The position numbers and the translations under genes are program-made. Of a stretch of DNA of 39,619 bases, positions 1 to 11,280 are shown piece by piece. The notes under the pieces are model-generated. The model saw nothing but the letters and a program-made list of their open reading frames with translations, was not told the origin of the DNA and searched no databases. The number at the start of each line of letters is the position of its first letter. Position 1 is the first letter of the stretch. The stretch is taken from the NCBI RefSeq assembly GCF_004010195.1, contig NC_057754.1:11497209-11536827 (forward strand), read 5' to 3'. The DNA is from Chiloscyllium plagiosum (taxonomy: Eukaryota).

Positions 1-271
1 AGGATGAGAGGGGAAAGATATAAAAGAGACCTAAGGGGCAACACTTTCACGCAGAGGGTGGTACGTGTATGGAATGAGTTGCCAGAGGAAGTGGTGGAGG
101 CTGGTACAATTGCAACATTGAAGTGGCATTTGGATGGGTATATGAATAGGAAGGGTTTGGAGGGATATGGGCCGGGTGCTGGCAGGTGGGACTAGATTGG
201 GTTGGGATATCTGGTCGGCATTGACGGGTTGGACCGAAGGGTCTGTTTCCATGCTGTGCATATCTATGACT
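1..271 (+). mobile_element. CR1/HER1-type LINE 3' end (ORF2 C-terminus and 3' UTR)
   Basis: ORF 4-195 reads FTQRVVRVWNELPEEVVEAG...GYG, the CR1 ORF2 C-terminal motif; followed by the typical 3' tail (ggaccgaagggtctgtttcc). Confidence 0.9.
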
Positions 272-282
272 GAGAAATAAAA

Positions 283-550
283 ATGCATTTACTTCAATGC
301 AAGAGGGTTAACAGGGAAGGCAGATGAACTCAGGGCATGGTTGGGAACATGGGATTTGGATATCACAGCAATTACAGAGATGTGGCTCAGGATGGACAGG
401 ATTGGCAGCTTAATGTTCCAGATTATAGATGCTATAGCAAGGATGGAGAGGAGAGGGTGTGGCGTTTTTGATAAGGGATAGCATTACTGCTGTACTTAGG
501 GAAGATGTTTCTGCGAATACATCGAGGTAAGTTATTTGGGTGGAACTGGT
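283..550 (+). mobile_element. CR1 ORF2 APE endonuclease N-terminal fragment
   Basis: Translates as CIYFNARGLTGKADELRAWLGTWD..I.AITE.WL; homologous to 38896 onward. Confidence 0.85.
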
Positions 551-1714
551 GATCTGCAGAATTCAATGCCACACAAAGCGGTTTCGGCCAAAACACTGAA
601 TGTTTTGGGGAAGATAGACGTAGTTCTGATAGCTAAAGGGATCACAGAATAGAAGTCAAAAGTGGGAACATGGTATTGAGGAGGATGGTCAGCCAAGAAC
701 ATACTGAATAGTGGAGCAGGATCAAACACCACAACATACTCCTTTTTATGTGTCTATTCAGTTAAAGGTGGGATACAAAAGCAAAGTAATGGTAACTGAC
801 ACAGATATCAGCACTACCTTATCACCACTGGATGAAAATTCTTTTACCCCTTTTCAGACAGCTTCACCACACGAACTGCAGCAGTTCAAGGAGATCAAGG
901 ACGGACAGAATGAGTTTAGAAGCTTTTGGACTGGCTCCTCTGTCTCTTGTTTTCTATCCAGCTCTCAAATTGTTCAATGCTCTGGGAAAGACATCAGAGT
1001 ACGTAGGAAATAAGAAAATATTTAAGTAAGTTTGCTGAAACTGTTAACATTCACTGCTGACTTAGAAATTAGATAAAGTTTTATGTGCCTGTAAACAACA
1101 CATTATCCAAGGATTGCACAAGACTTGGCACCCATAGTTGGAAACTATTCAATTGAACTGACAACTTACTTTTTTTTTCTGTTTAATATATCCCCATCTC
1201 TCTCTGTCAATCAGTGAGACTGAACGTTGTAAACGAAGAAGATTGTGTTTAAATCAAGATATTGATTAGATTGCCTAATTGCCTACATTAGTTTTGTTCA
1301 AGTTAGTGTTATTTCTTTCTTCCATAAACTTGCCATCCAAGGTCTGTTATTCATAAAGTCCAGTAAGGAACATTGTGGCAATTTTGAGGGTCATTCAATC
1401 TTTTAATTACACTGTGAATTCAGTCATAGTGAGGCTAATATGTTTTGGATTGCTATCTTTGTGTCATAACAAGTATTTGATCTTCAAGATTAGCACAGAA
1501 ACAGAAATGATCTCCAGTGCAGGACACACAATTCCTGGCCATTGGAAGATAAAGCTGGGAAATCCGCAGCATAACCTGCAATTTACATCCAGGTATGGTC
1601 TCAAAAACAAACAAACATTCCTTTTAACATAAGTTGCTGCTCATAATCCAGAGATCACAGTGCACAGTGCAAGAACCTTTAGTTACAGATTGTGTGGTAC
1701 ACTACTCATTGCAA

Positions 1715-2235
1715 CTGGATTAATGAGAGATGATCTCACTGAAGCAATTCAATCCTGAAGGGGTGTAACAGGGTAAATGCTGAGATGATGTTCCCTCTCA
1801 CTGGAAAGATCAGGATGAGAAAGAATAATCTCAGAATAAACTGAGCCAATTTAAAACTGAAAAGAGGAGGATTTTCATCTCAGAGGGTTGAGAGTTCTTG
1901 GGATTTCCTGCCAAAGAGAGCTATGGGGGCAGAGTCCTTGTGTATAGCTAAGGCTGAGATAGATAGATTCTTGATCACGAGGAGGATCAAGGGTTACAGG
2001 AAAAATGCTGGAAAGTGATCTCTCCACCCTTCAGGCGTTCTGCCTGTATTCCTGATGAAAGGCTTTTGCCCGAGACGTCGATTTTACTGCTCCTCGGATG
2101 CTGCCTGAACTGTGTGCTCTTCCAGCACCACTAATCCAGAATGAGGAATGTCAGGTCAACCAATCTTTTTGAATGGTGTAATAGACTCAAGGATCTGAAT
2201 GGTCCACTCCTACTCCTAATACATATGGTCTTCCA
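1715..2235 (+). mobile_element. Degenerate CR1 3' end interrupted by a Penelope-like terminal fragment (~2018-2140)
   Basis: Remnants of RGDL.E / FSQRV / KAEIDRFL motifs; the insert carries cctgatgaaaggcttttgcccgagacgtcg. Confidence 0.7.
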
Positions 2236-2398
2236 GTGGACTGTGGAAATAGCTGTAACCAGTTAGACAACCTGAGAGAGTGTTCCAGTCTACCAACTGT
2301 GGAAAGAGCTTTAACATGGACTGAAATAAAATCACACTGCATGGAGTTGAGAAAAAAAACTACATAGATGTTCTGTCAATTGGATTAGAATTTATCTG

Positions 2399-3055
2399 GG
2401 AGAATGTGAGGACTGCAGATGCTGGAGAGTCAGAATTGAAAAGTGTGGCACTGGAAAAGCACCAGTCAGACAGCATCAAAGAGCAAGAGAATCGACATTT
2501 CAGGCATAAAGCCTTCATCAGGAAACTACTGAAGTTAATGTTTTAGCCGTGTGGTTAAAGGGTCCCAATGTGGTATGTGAGGCATTCTTCCTCCTGTTGG
2601 TGGGTGACTTTGATCTGGCGGTGAAAGAGGCCCAGGACTTGTATGTCCTTGGTGGAGTGGGAGGGGGAGTTGAAGTTGTCAGCTACAGAACAGCGGGGTT
2701 GTTTGGTTCATGTGTCCCAGACGTGTTGCCTGAACAGAGCGTTTCATTGATTTCACTAGTTTCCAAATTTTCTCTTCCACCTCATCCCAGATCCAAACTT
2801 CCAATTCGGCACCACTCCCTTGACCTCTCTTACTTAATCACTCCACCCTCCCCACTGAGCTATCACAAGTAACCCCCACCCATATCCACCAATCGCCTTC
2901 CTAGCTACATTCAACCCACCCCCATCCTTCTATTCATCTCTCAGCCCCTTTCCCCCGAATCATTCCTGATGAAGGGCTTATTTGGAAACGTTGACTCTCC
3001 TACTCCTCTGATGCTCCCTGCCTTGCTGTGCTTTTCCAGCATCACACCTTTTGAC
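2399..3055. mobile_element. Penelope-like element remnant with inverted termini and 14-bp TSD
   Basis: TTAGAATTTATCTG at 2385-2398 and 3056-3069. The minus strand encodes a GIY-YIG C-terminal remnant (FNSPSHSTKDIQVLGL...GTL.PHG). Terminal repeats face opposite ways. Confidence 0.8.
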
Positions 3056-3172
3056 TTAGAATTTATCTGACCATCTAGCCAACAGAGACAGTGATTCCTA
3101 CAACATGGAGATCCTGTGGAAATATCAGGACAATGACAGGGATACAGTTACCCACCTGAGCTGCCTACCCAA

Positions 3173-3817
3173 TAAGACCATAAGACATAGGAGTGGAAGT
3201 AAGGCCATTCGGCCCATCGAGTCCACTCCGCCATTCAATCATGGCTGATGCGCATTTCAGCTCCACTTACCAGCGTTCTCCCCGTAGCCCTTAATTCCTC
3301 TAGACAACAAGAATCTATCAATCTCGGCCTTGAAGACATTTAGCATCCCGGCTTCCACTGCACTCCGTGGCAATGAATTCCACAGGCCCACCACTCTCTG
3401 GCTGAAGAAATGTTTCCGCATTTCTGTTCTGAAATGACCCCCTCTAATTCTAAGGCTGTGTCCACGGGTCCTAGTCTCCTCGTTTAACTGAAACAATTTC
3501 CTAGCATCCACCTTTTCCAAGCCATGTATTATTTTGTACGTCTCTATTAAGTCTCCCCTTAATCTTCTAAACTCCAACGAATACAATCCCAGTATCCTCA
3601 GCCGTTCCTCATATGTTAGACCTGTCATTCCAGGGATCATCCGTGTGAATCTCCGCTGGACACGTTCCAGTGCCAGTATGTCCTTCCTGAGGTGTGGGGA
3701 CCAAAACTGGACACAGTACTCCAAATGGGGCCTAACCAGAGCTTTATAAAGTCTTAGTAGTACATCTCTGCTTTTATATTCCAACCCTCTTGAGATAAGA
3801 GACAACATTGCATTCGC
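3173..3817 (-). mobile_element. Young 5'-truncated CR1 LINE
   Basis: Uninterrupted 183-aa ORF 3257-3808 (LYKALVRPHLEYCVQFWSP...FFSQRVV) plus a 3' UTR ending in tatgtcttatggtctta. Confidence 0.95.
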
Positions 3818-4099
3818 TATGTGACTGCAATGGTGCAGTCACACCAGGGACAGACCTGCTCCATGTGCAAGAAGGATTCAGTCAGACATCCAGCTGCTGA
3901 GAGCCCTGTAGGTTTACAGAGGTTTACATGAATTGGATTCTGGTGGGATTTCTACTTTTTAACCCAACGAGCTTCATCTCCCCTTCATATTGCTCTTTTC
4001 CAGTAAGCCCTCCCCCCTCCGGGAGGAACCAAACAAAGCAGCAGATCCCCAGATGGAGGCATTGACACAGATTGGGGTTATACACGGCACCGTCCACTC

Positions 4100-4680
4100 A
4101 CTGTGACATCAACGCGCTAACTGCGCTTGCGTACTCCCTCCTCCCGCTGAACTAAAATGGCGGCATTTGACAGGGGCCTGTTTCTGGGAAGACGCCTGAG
4201 GCCTTCTGCGCATTAAATCGCGGCTCCGGTAACCCCATTTTGGGGGCTAGAACCCCACGCTGATCAATCACTAAATTTTCTAACTAAAAATATAACTGTG
4301 TCCCTTGAATCTTAACTCACCGCCTGTGAATGGGAGACACTAACATTTCTTTCCAGCTATGACATCCGGCGCAAATTCTCACAATCCATATTAACTGTGC
4401 GCATGCTCCTGCGTCAGCCCAACCGGTGTTGACGTCACGGCCAAGGGCAGGCAAAGGGCGGAGCTCGATGTAGTCGTCGTTAAACCAATCAGAGGGATAG
4501 CGTGGCTGGGCGTGCAGCTGGACCAATCAGGAAACGGAGGTTGGGCCGGCTCTCCAATTGACAACGGGTCACAGAGAGGGGCGGGCTAGCCCGTCAGCCA
4601 TTCAGCGAAAGAGAAGGCGGGTCTGGAACTGTGACGAGAGCATGCTTCGCAGGCAGCTGCAGCTCGAGCTGAGGAGGAGG
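4100..4680. promoter_or_regulatory. CpG-island promoter, possibly bidirectional
   Basis: CpG-rich; YY1-like AAAATGGCGGC 4154-4164, NRF1-like TGCGCATGC 4398-4406, CRE TGACGTCA 4430-4437, GC boxes 4456 and 4578, CCAAT at 4485, 4523 and 4554. Confidence 0.75.
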
Positions 4681-5327
4681 GCTGTTATCTGTCTGCTGTT
4701 TGTAATAGCTTGTTCAATGGGAAGTATTTCCACATCGTCAATGCCAACCAGATGTCACAGCAAGGTCTAACTGCAATCACCATCACCTCACTGTCATCAG
4801 CCTTTCACAGTGCAAGGTAGAGGTTTGTCTATTGTGTCTGTTGGAAAACATTCCAAGATCAGTGTCACTGAAAGGCTCTGAGTGATTTGAAATGTGAGCA
4901 AAGCAGCCTTCAGGGATGTGATCTGGGTGGCAATATGGTCGCACGCTTAGGTAAGTTTGCAGACTGCACCAAGATTGGTGGTATAATAGACAATGAAGAA
5001 GGTACCGTAAGATTACAAAGGGATCTTGATCAAATGGGTCAATGGGCTGAAAATTGGCAGATGAAGTTCAATCTGGATAAATGTGAGGTGTTGCAAACAT
5101 GGAGTTGGGCGTATGAAGTTAATAGTCGGGCCTTGGGTAGTGTTGTAAAACAGAGGGACTCAGGGGTGCAGGCACATAATTCTTAGACGTTTGTGTCACG
5201 TTAAAGCATTTGACACACTTGTCTTCATTTTTCAGTCCTTTGCGAATAGGAGTTGGGAAGTCATGTTGAGGCCTCTTCTGGAATAGTGAGTCCAGTTCTG
5301 GTTGCCCAGTTATAGGAAGGATATTCT

Positions 5328-5606
5328 GGGCAGCACGGTGGCTCGGTGGTTAGCACTGCTGCCTCACAGCACCAGGGTCCCAGATTCGATTCCAGCCTTT
5401 GCCGACTGTCTGTGTATTCTCCCCATGTCTGCGTGGGTTTTCTCTGGGTGCTCCAGTTTCCTCCCACAGTCACTAAAGTATGCAAGTCAGATAAATCGCT
5501 AATAGCGTTAGGTGCATTAGTCAGAGGGAAATGGGTCTGGGTGGGTTACTGTTTGTGGACTGGTTGGGCCGAAGGGCCTGTTTCCACACTGTAGGGAATC
5601 TAATCT
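5328..5606 (+). mobile_element. tRNA-derived V-SINE (HE1-like)
   Basis: A/B-box head (tggctcggtggttagc...gattcgattcc), V-core (ctgcgtgggttt...tgctccagtttcctcccac) and a CR1-like tail. Confidence 0.85.
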
Positions 5607-5625
5607 CATGTCCTTTCCAGCTTAA

Positions 5626-5890
5626 TTCCCTACAGTGTGGAAACAGGCCCAACCAGTCCACCCTGACCCTCCGAAGAGTAACCCACTAAGGGAAATTATA
5701 GCACTGCCAATTCACCTAACCTGCACATCTTTGGACTATGGGAGGAAACCGGAGCACCTACAGGAAACACACGTAGAGAGGGGCAGGGGGATATGCAAAC
5801 TCCACAAAACAGTCACCCAAGGCTGGAATTGAACCTGGGTCCCTGGTGCTGTGAGGCAGTAGTGCTAACCACTGTGCTACCGTGCCACCC
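5626..5890 (-). mobile_element. V-SINE (HE1-like), tail-to-tail with the previous copy
   Basis: Reverse complement starts gggtggcacggtagcacagtggttagcact and contains the V-core. Confidence 0.85.
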
Positions 5891-5913
5891 TAACGTACAG
5901 TACAGTAACAACA

Positions 5914-5994
5914 TGTCATGGAGGGAGTCGAACCTCGACTCTGCGGAGGTTACAAACCTAAACCCAGCAGCTTAGACCGCTCGACCATAGCCCA
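5914..5994 (-). pseudogene. tRNA-Leu(TAG)-like pseudogene
   Basis: Minus strand tggtcgagcggtctaag (Leu D-arm), tt-TAG-gt loop, long variable arm and ggttcgactcc; acceptor and anticodon stems do not pair. Confidence 0.65.
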
Positions 5995-6246
5995 GATCTA
6001 TGAGGGTATTGCTGGATATGATTAATAAAGAGAGGCTGAATAGGCTGGGTCTATTTTCACTAGAGTGTAAGACGTTGAGAGGTAACCTTATAGAAGTTTA
6101 TAAAATAAGGAAGAGTATAGATAGAGTTAATGGCAATTGTCTTTTCCCTAAGATGGGGGGAGTAAGGTGAGAGGAGAAAGGTTTGAAAAAAATAAGGGCT
6201 AAACTTTTTACATAGGGTGGTTTGCATGTGAAACAAACTTCCTCAG

Positions 6247-6695
6247 TGTTTTAAAAAAATTCTCAAGGTCAGGTTCGTAGGAGAGTAGTCTGACACAGAA
6301 CAAACGACCAAGAGGCGAGTCTGCTAGAATATGAGCATTTTATTCCCCGCAGCGTCGCCACAACCAGGTCTCATCTCAAGGGGTCTGGCTTATACTCACT
6401 CTACATGTTACCGGAACTGGGAGCCGTCAGTTCTCGTAGAGCGGTTGCCAACAACCCACGCTCGGCGGTTAAACGTAACCCCGGAGCAGACTCACCGAAC
6501 TGGAGACTTTTCCAGCTGATATACTCTTTTCCAGATATAAACATTCATGTGAACAGCAGAGCAAGGCTAAAAAACACATTCCATTCTGGTTACATACAGA
6601 TAAGAAGAATAAGATTCACACGGGACTAAGCAACACCTCCATTCCGGTTAGATTCACACATGTATTGGGACATAATTTTTAACCGTTTCACCACA
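6247..6695 (-). mobile_element. Solo LTR, 449 bp
   Basis: TG...CA termini with 5-bp TSD CTCAG (6242-6246 and 6696-6700) cleanly splitting a CR1. Minus-strand TATAA at 6390-6394 and AATAAA at 6339-6344. Confidence 0.85.
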
Positions 6696-6865
6696 CTCAG
6701 GAAGTGGTGGATTGCAATGTTTAAAAGACATTTGGATAAGTAGATGAATAGAAAAGGTGTGGACGGATATGGGCCAGGAATAGGCAGGACTGCACGTGTT
6801 GTGTTGAGGCCTCTTCTGGAATACTGTGTCCAGTTCGGGTTGCCCAATTATAGGAAGGATATTAT

Positions 6866-7165
6866 GGGCATCACGGTGGCTCAGCCGTTAGCACTGCTGC
6901 CTCACATCACCAGGAACCCAGGATTCCAACCTTGAGCAAATTCTTTGTGGGTTTGCATGTTTTCCCATGAGTTTGTGGGTTTCCTCCAGGTGCAGGTTAG
7001 GTAGATTGTCCCATAATGTGCAAGTTAGGTGGGGTTAACCATGGCAAACACTCCATGTGGGTTTGCTGAGGTGGGGTGGGGGAGTGTCTGGATGGCATGC
7101 TCTACAGAGGGTAGGTGAAAACTTGATGGGCTGAGTGGCCTCTTTGTGCACTGGAGGGATTCTAT
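6866..7165 (+). mobile_element. Diverged V-SINE
   Basis: Head gggcatcacggtggctcag, degenerate V-core and CR1-type tail. Confidence 0.75.
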
Positions 7166-7560
7166 CTTCTGCCGATCTTGAAGATGGTTGGGCCTAATTC
7201 ATTACCCAGCCTTTTCCAACTTATATTAATTACTTGAATGAGGGGATTGAAGGCAATATTGCTAAAGATGGATAGAAAACCATGTGATGAAGACATGAGG
7301 TTGCAGGCAGATATAGTTACGATTAGTGTATGGGCAAAACATCTTGCAGATGGAATGTCATGTGCGAAATTGTGACATCACTTTTGCAGGAACGATAAAT
7401 AAGAGCAGAACATTCGTTAAATTGAGAATGCAACTCAGAATTTTGCAGTTAGAGGGATTTAGCGATTATTACGTTGGAGTCACAAAGTTGTTATGTAATT
7501 AAGAAAGCTAAGAGGCTGTATCCTTTTTTTATAACAGGAATTGAACATAAACAGAACGAT

Positions 7561-7702
7561 GGAGAAAGTGAGGATTGCAGATGCTGGAGATCAGAGCTGA
7601 AAATGAGTTGCTGGAAAGAAGAAGGGCTCATGCCCGAAACGTCGATTCCTGCTCCTTGGATGTTGTCTGACCTGCTGCGCTTTTCCAGCAACACATTTTC
7701 AG
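7561..7702. mobile_element. Short fold-back Penelope-derived insertion in an old CR1 (~7215-7860)
   Basis: TSD CATAAACAGAACGAT at 7546-7560 and 7703-7717; partial inverted arms. Confidence 0.85.
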
Positions 7703-7866
7703 CATAAACAGAACGATGTTCTGTTTCATTTGTGCAGCAATTGCTGAGATCACGTCTCGGTGGCCATGTTCAGATTTGGTCTCATGTAAATTAATAGAAG
7801 GTAGTTGAGAGGAGGTTTACATGATTGATATGTGGAATCAGCAGATTATCGAAGGAAGATTTATAT

Positions 7867-7938
7867 TCCTTGCTGGTCTAGTGATTGGGATTCAGTGCTT
7901 TCACTGTTGCAGTCCAGGTTTCATTCCAGGGCAGAGTA
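7867..7938 (+). pseudogene. tRNA-Glu(TTC) pseudogene
   Basis: 72 nt colinear with vertebrate tRNA-Glu (tccttgctggtctagtg...ctTTCac...). Most changes are CpG to TpG/CpA and the B box is damaged. Confidence 0.8.
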
Positions 7939-7995
7939 TGAGAGTTAAATCGTTCTGCTAATTTATCGTAATGACAGCATTTCTAACAGATATTT

Positions 7996-8350
7996 GGGGT
8001 GGCACAGTGTCTTAGTGGTTAGTACTGCTGTCTCACAGCGCCAGGGACCCGGGTTCGATTCCAGCCTCGAGTGACTGTCTGTGTAGAGTTTGCACGTTCT
8101 CCCCCATGTCTGCGTGGGTTTCCTCCAGGTGCTCCAGTTTCCTCCTACAATCCAAAGATGTGTAGGTTAGATGAATTGGCCATGTTAAATTGCCCACAAT
8201 GTTCAGGGATGTGCCGGTTTGGTGTATTAGTCAGGGGTAAAACGTAGAATAGAAGGGTGGGGAATAGGTCTGGATGGGTTACTCTTTGGAGGGTCAGTGT
8301 GGACATGTTAGGCGGAACGGCCTGTTTCCACACTGTAGGAATTCTGTGAT
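7996..8350 (+). mobile_element. Full-length V-SINE (HE1-like)
   Basis: Head with gggttcgattcc, V-core, and tail ggcctgtttccacactgtagg. Confidence 0.9.
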
Positions 8351-8369
8351 TGATAATAGAATCAACCAT

Positions 8370-9550
8370 AGACTTCCAAAAGGCGTTTGATAAGGTGCCT
8401 CACAGGAGACTGCTGAGTAAGGTGAGGACCCATGGTGTTCAAAGTGAGGTATTGGCATGAATTGAGGATTGGCTGTCTGACAGAAGGCAGAGAGTTGGGA
8501 TAAAAGGTTCTTTTTTGGAATGGCAGCTGGTGACAAGTGGTGTCCCACAGGGTTCAGTGTTGGGGCTGCAGCTGTTCACGTTATATATAAATGATCTGGA
8601 TGAGGAAACTGGGGGCATTAAGGCGAAGTTTGCTGATGATGCAAAGTTAGGTGGACAAGCAGGTAGTTCTGAGGAGGTGGGGAGACTACAGAAAGGTTAA
8701 GACAGTTAAGGAGAATGGTTCTATAAATGGCTGATGAAATTCAATGTGAGCAAATACGAGCTCTTGCACTTTGGAAAAAAGAACACAGACGTGGACTATT
8801 TTATAAATGGTGAGAAAATTCACAAAGCCAAAGTAGAAATAGAACTGGGAGTGCTCACACAGGATTCTCTAAAGGTTGACTTACAATTTGAGTCCATGGT
8901 GAAGAAAACAAATGTAATGTTGTCATTTATCTCAAGAGGGTTGGAATGTAAAAATGGTGATGTGGTACTGAGACTTTACAAAGCTCTGGTTAGGCCCCAT
9001 TTAGAATACTGTGTCCAGTTTTGGGTGCCACATCTCAGGAAGGGCATATTGGCACTGGAGCATGTCCCACGGAGATTCACATGTAAGATCCCTGGAATTG
9101 TAGGCTGAACATACGATGAATGGCTGAGAATCCTGGGATTGTATTCATTACAGTTTAGAAGGTTGAGTGGAGGTCTAATAGAAACTTACAAGATAATGCA
9201 TGGCTTAGAAAGGGTGGACGCTGCGAAATTGTTTGTGTGAGATGGGGATACTAGGACTCATGGGCATAGCCTTAGAATTAGAGAGGGTCAATTGAGAATG
9301 AAAGTAATGAGACATTTCTTCACCAGAGAGTGGTTGGCCTGTGGAATTCATTGCCATGGAGCACAGTGGAGGCCGGGATGTTAAATGACTTCAAGAAAGA
9401 GATTGATCAATTTTTAATCTCGCAAGGAATTAAGGGATACGGGGAGAGTGCAGGTAAGTGGCGTTGAAATGCCCATCAGCCGTGATTGAAGGGTGGAGTG
9501 GACATGATGGGCCGAATGGCCTTACTTCCACTCCTGTTTCTTATGGTCTT
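8370..9550 (+). mobile_element. CR1 LINE RT domain to 3' end, frameshifted
   Basis: SGVPQGSVLG, KFADD and LYKALVRPHLEYC in ORFs 8515 and 8734; same subfamily as 3173-3817. Confidence 0.92.
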
Positions 9551-9871
9551 AATCTTCACCCCAGTGTACATCAGGAAGTGACCCGAGAAATAGCAGATCG
9601 ATTAGTGGTTATCTTCCAAAATTCTGAGTCCTGGAAGAGTTCTGAAGGATTGGAAGGTAGCTAATGTAACCCCAGGATTTAAGAAGGGAAGCAGAGAAGA
9701 AGCAGGGAATTTAAATAGTATAGATCATGGGAAAAATGCTAGAGTCTACTATAAAAGGTGTAATAACAGAGGATTTGGAAGATAGTGGCAAGATCAGACA
9801 GAATTAGCAAAGCATTTTTCTCTTCTGTAGATCTTTTGAGATTTTCTTTTGTTGACCATGAATTGTCTCCA

Positions 9872-10060
9872 AGCCATTCACCATCCTGACTTGGAAATGT
9901 ATTTCAGTTCCTTCACTGTTGTTGGGTCAAAGCCCTGAATTTCCTCTCGAACAGTGTGGTCGGTCTACCTGCAGCTCATGCACTGCAGCGGTTCCAGAAG
10001 GCAGCTCATCATCCCCTTCTCAATGGCAACTTAAGAATACCCACGTGAATTCAAAAAAAA
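9872..10060 (+). mobile_element. 3' end of a different CR1/L2-group LINE
   Basis: gcagcggttccagaaggcagctcatcatcccctt motif ending in an A-run. Confidence 0.5.
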
Positions 10061-10326
10061 TCATTGGGGTCAAATGTGAATGCGGAATTCAAGCCTGAAT
10101 AGATAAGCCTTGATCTGAAGACTCGAGGGACCGAATGCACTTCTGCTGTTCCTATTTTGAGTGTTCCCTACCTCTTCTACCAAAATGCATAATCTCTTCA
10201 GGAATATTGTATTCCCTGGAATTTAGAACATTGATGAATGATTTGATTAAAAGTTTCCAGATTATAATTGAAGTTGGTCAGGTCGATAGCGAGGAACTAT
10301 TCCCACTGTGTGGGTGTAGTGGGAAC

Positions 10327-11141
10327 TGTCAGAGAAATTAGCCCCATAAAGCAGAAATCACACAAGCCAGATCGGGTGAAATTGACAAGCTGTTTATTAT
10401 CAGCCCTTTGGCTGGAAGAGAAATTGACTAGGCTGACACAGAACTGACAGTCTGTACTGGTAGATCAAAGGTTCTCTTCCCTGAGCAGAGAATCAAGCCA
10501 GTTTTTGTAGGAATATTGTACAATGATGCTAATTGAAAATAAGGAAAATACAATGGTCTTGATAATCAAGTAATCCAGTTACAATGGTGATAATCACAAA
10601 GCAGTTATCAGAAGAATATCCTGAATGTGGATCCAATGAAACATCCTGGCAGCAGCAAACAGTTTTTAATGAGATCAGGAGATTCCAGCTCTCTTCGAGG
10701 GTTGGTGAGAATGTCTCTTTCCTTGGCAGTAAGATGTTTCCATTGTTTCTCTCCTCTGAGCGAGATATTCTGGTGCCTCTCTGTCTGACCTGAACTTTGT
10801 GTGGCTTTGATATCACTGGGTTACGAGACTGCCCTCAGGCTATGGGACAGCTGTGTTGATCAGGTCCAGGAAGCTTATTTTTAGTTTGTCTTGGGAAGTG
10901 TATTCCTGGTCTGCGAGTGACTGTGGTCATGTCTGGTTTCTCTTGTCAGCTTGTTTGGTCAATGCTGAGGCATTCTGGGTGTTTCTTGTATGGTTTGGAC
11001 AGGCTTGATTTTCTGTGTTCTCTGTGGCTATGCTGTGGGTAGGCAGGGTGGCAGATCTTTTCCCACAGGAACTCAAACACGCTCCCCACCCCCCATAATC
11101 AGACAAGACTGGAATTTCTTTGTTCACTGATTTTTCAAACA
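10327..11141 (-). mobile_element. Possible LTR remnant
   Basis: TG...CA boundaries between LINE fragments and a minus-strand AATAAA near 10395; no TSD seen. Confidence 0.3.
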
Positions 11142-11280
11142 GACAAATGAGGACCAGGAACAGGCCACTCGGCCCTTCGAGTCTGCTCTGTACTCAATAA
11201 GATCGTGGCTGATCTGATTTCACCTTCAACTCTATGTCTGTGCATATTTTTCATCACCTTGGTTATAAACAATTCATGTA

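Larger units (their letters stand above)
2275..3905 (+). pseudogene. C2H2 zinc-finger pseudo-exon split by two retroelement insertions
   Basis: Degenerate finger text at 2275-2385 (tgtggaaagagctttaac), 3070-3172 (aacatggagatcctgtggaaa, NMEKPWK-like) and 3820-3905 (cacaccagggacagacc...aaggattcagtcag). Confidence 0.6.
4950..6790 (+). mobile_element. Old CR1 LINE (RT to 3' end) fragmented by nested insertions
   Basis: KFADCTKIGG...LQRDLD..W.MKFN.DKCEV at 4950-5100. The LINE resumes at ~6000-6246 and 6696-6790. Confidence 0.8.

Noticed and set aside
735..1471. Possible Gypsy-type LTR ending in tcataaca, and ORF 711-1013
   Set aside because: No TSD or clear start found and the ORF has no recognisable motif.
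3257..3808. Host CDS
   Set aside because: It is the C-terminus of a 5'-truncated CR1 ORF2; the same applies to 37060-37551.
7996..8070. tRNA genes at SINE heads
   Set aside because: They continue directly into the V-SINE core and LINE-derived tail.
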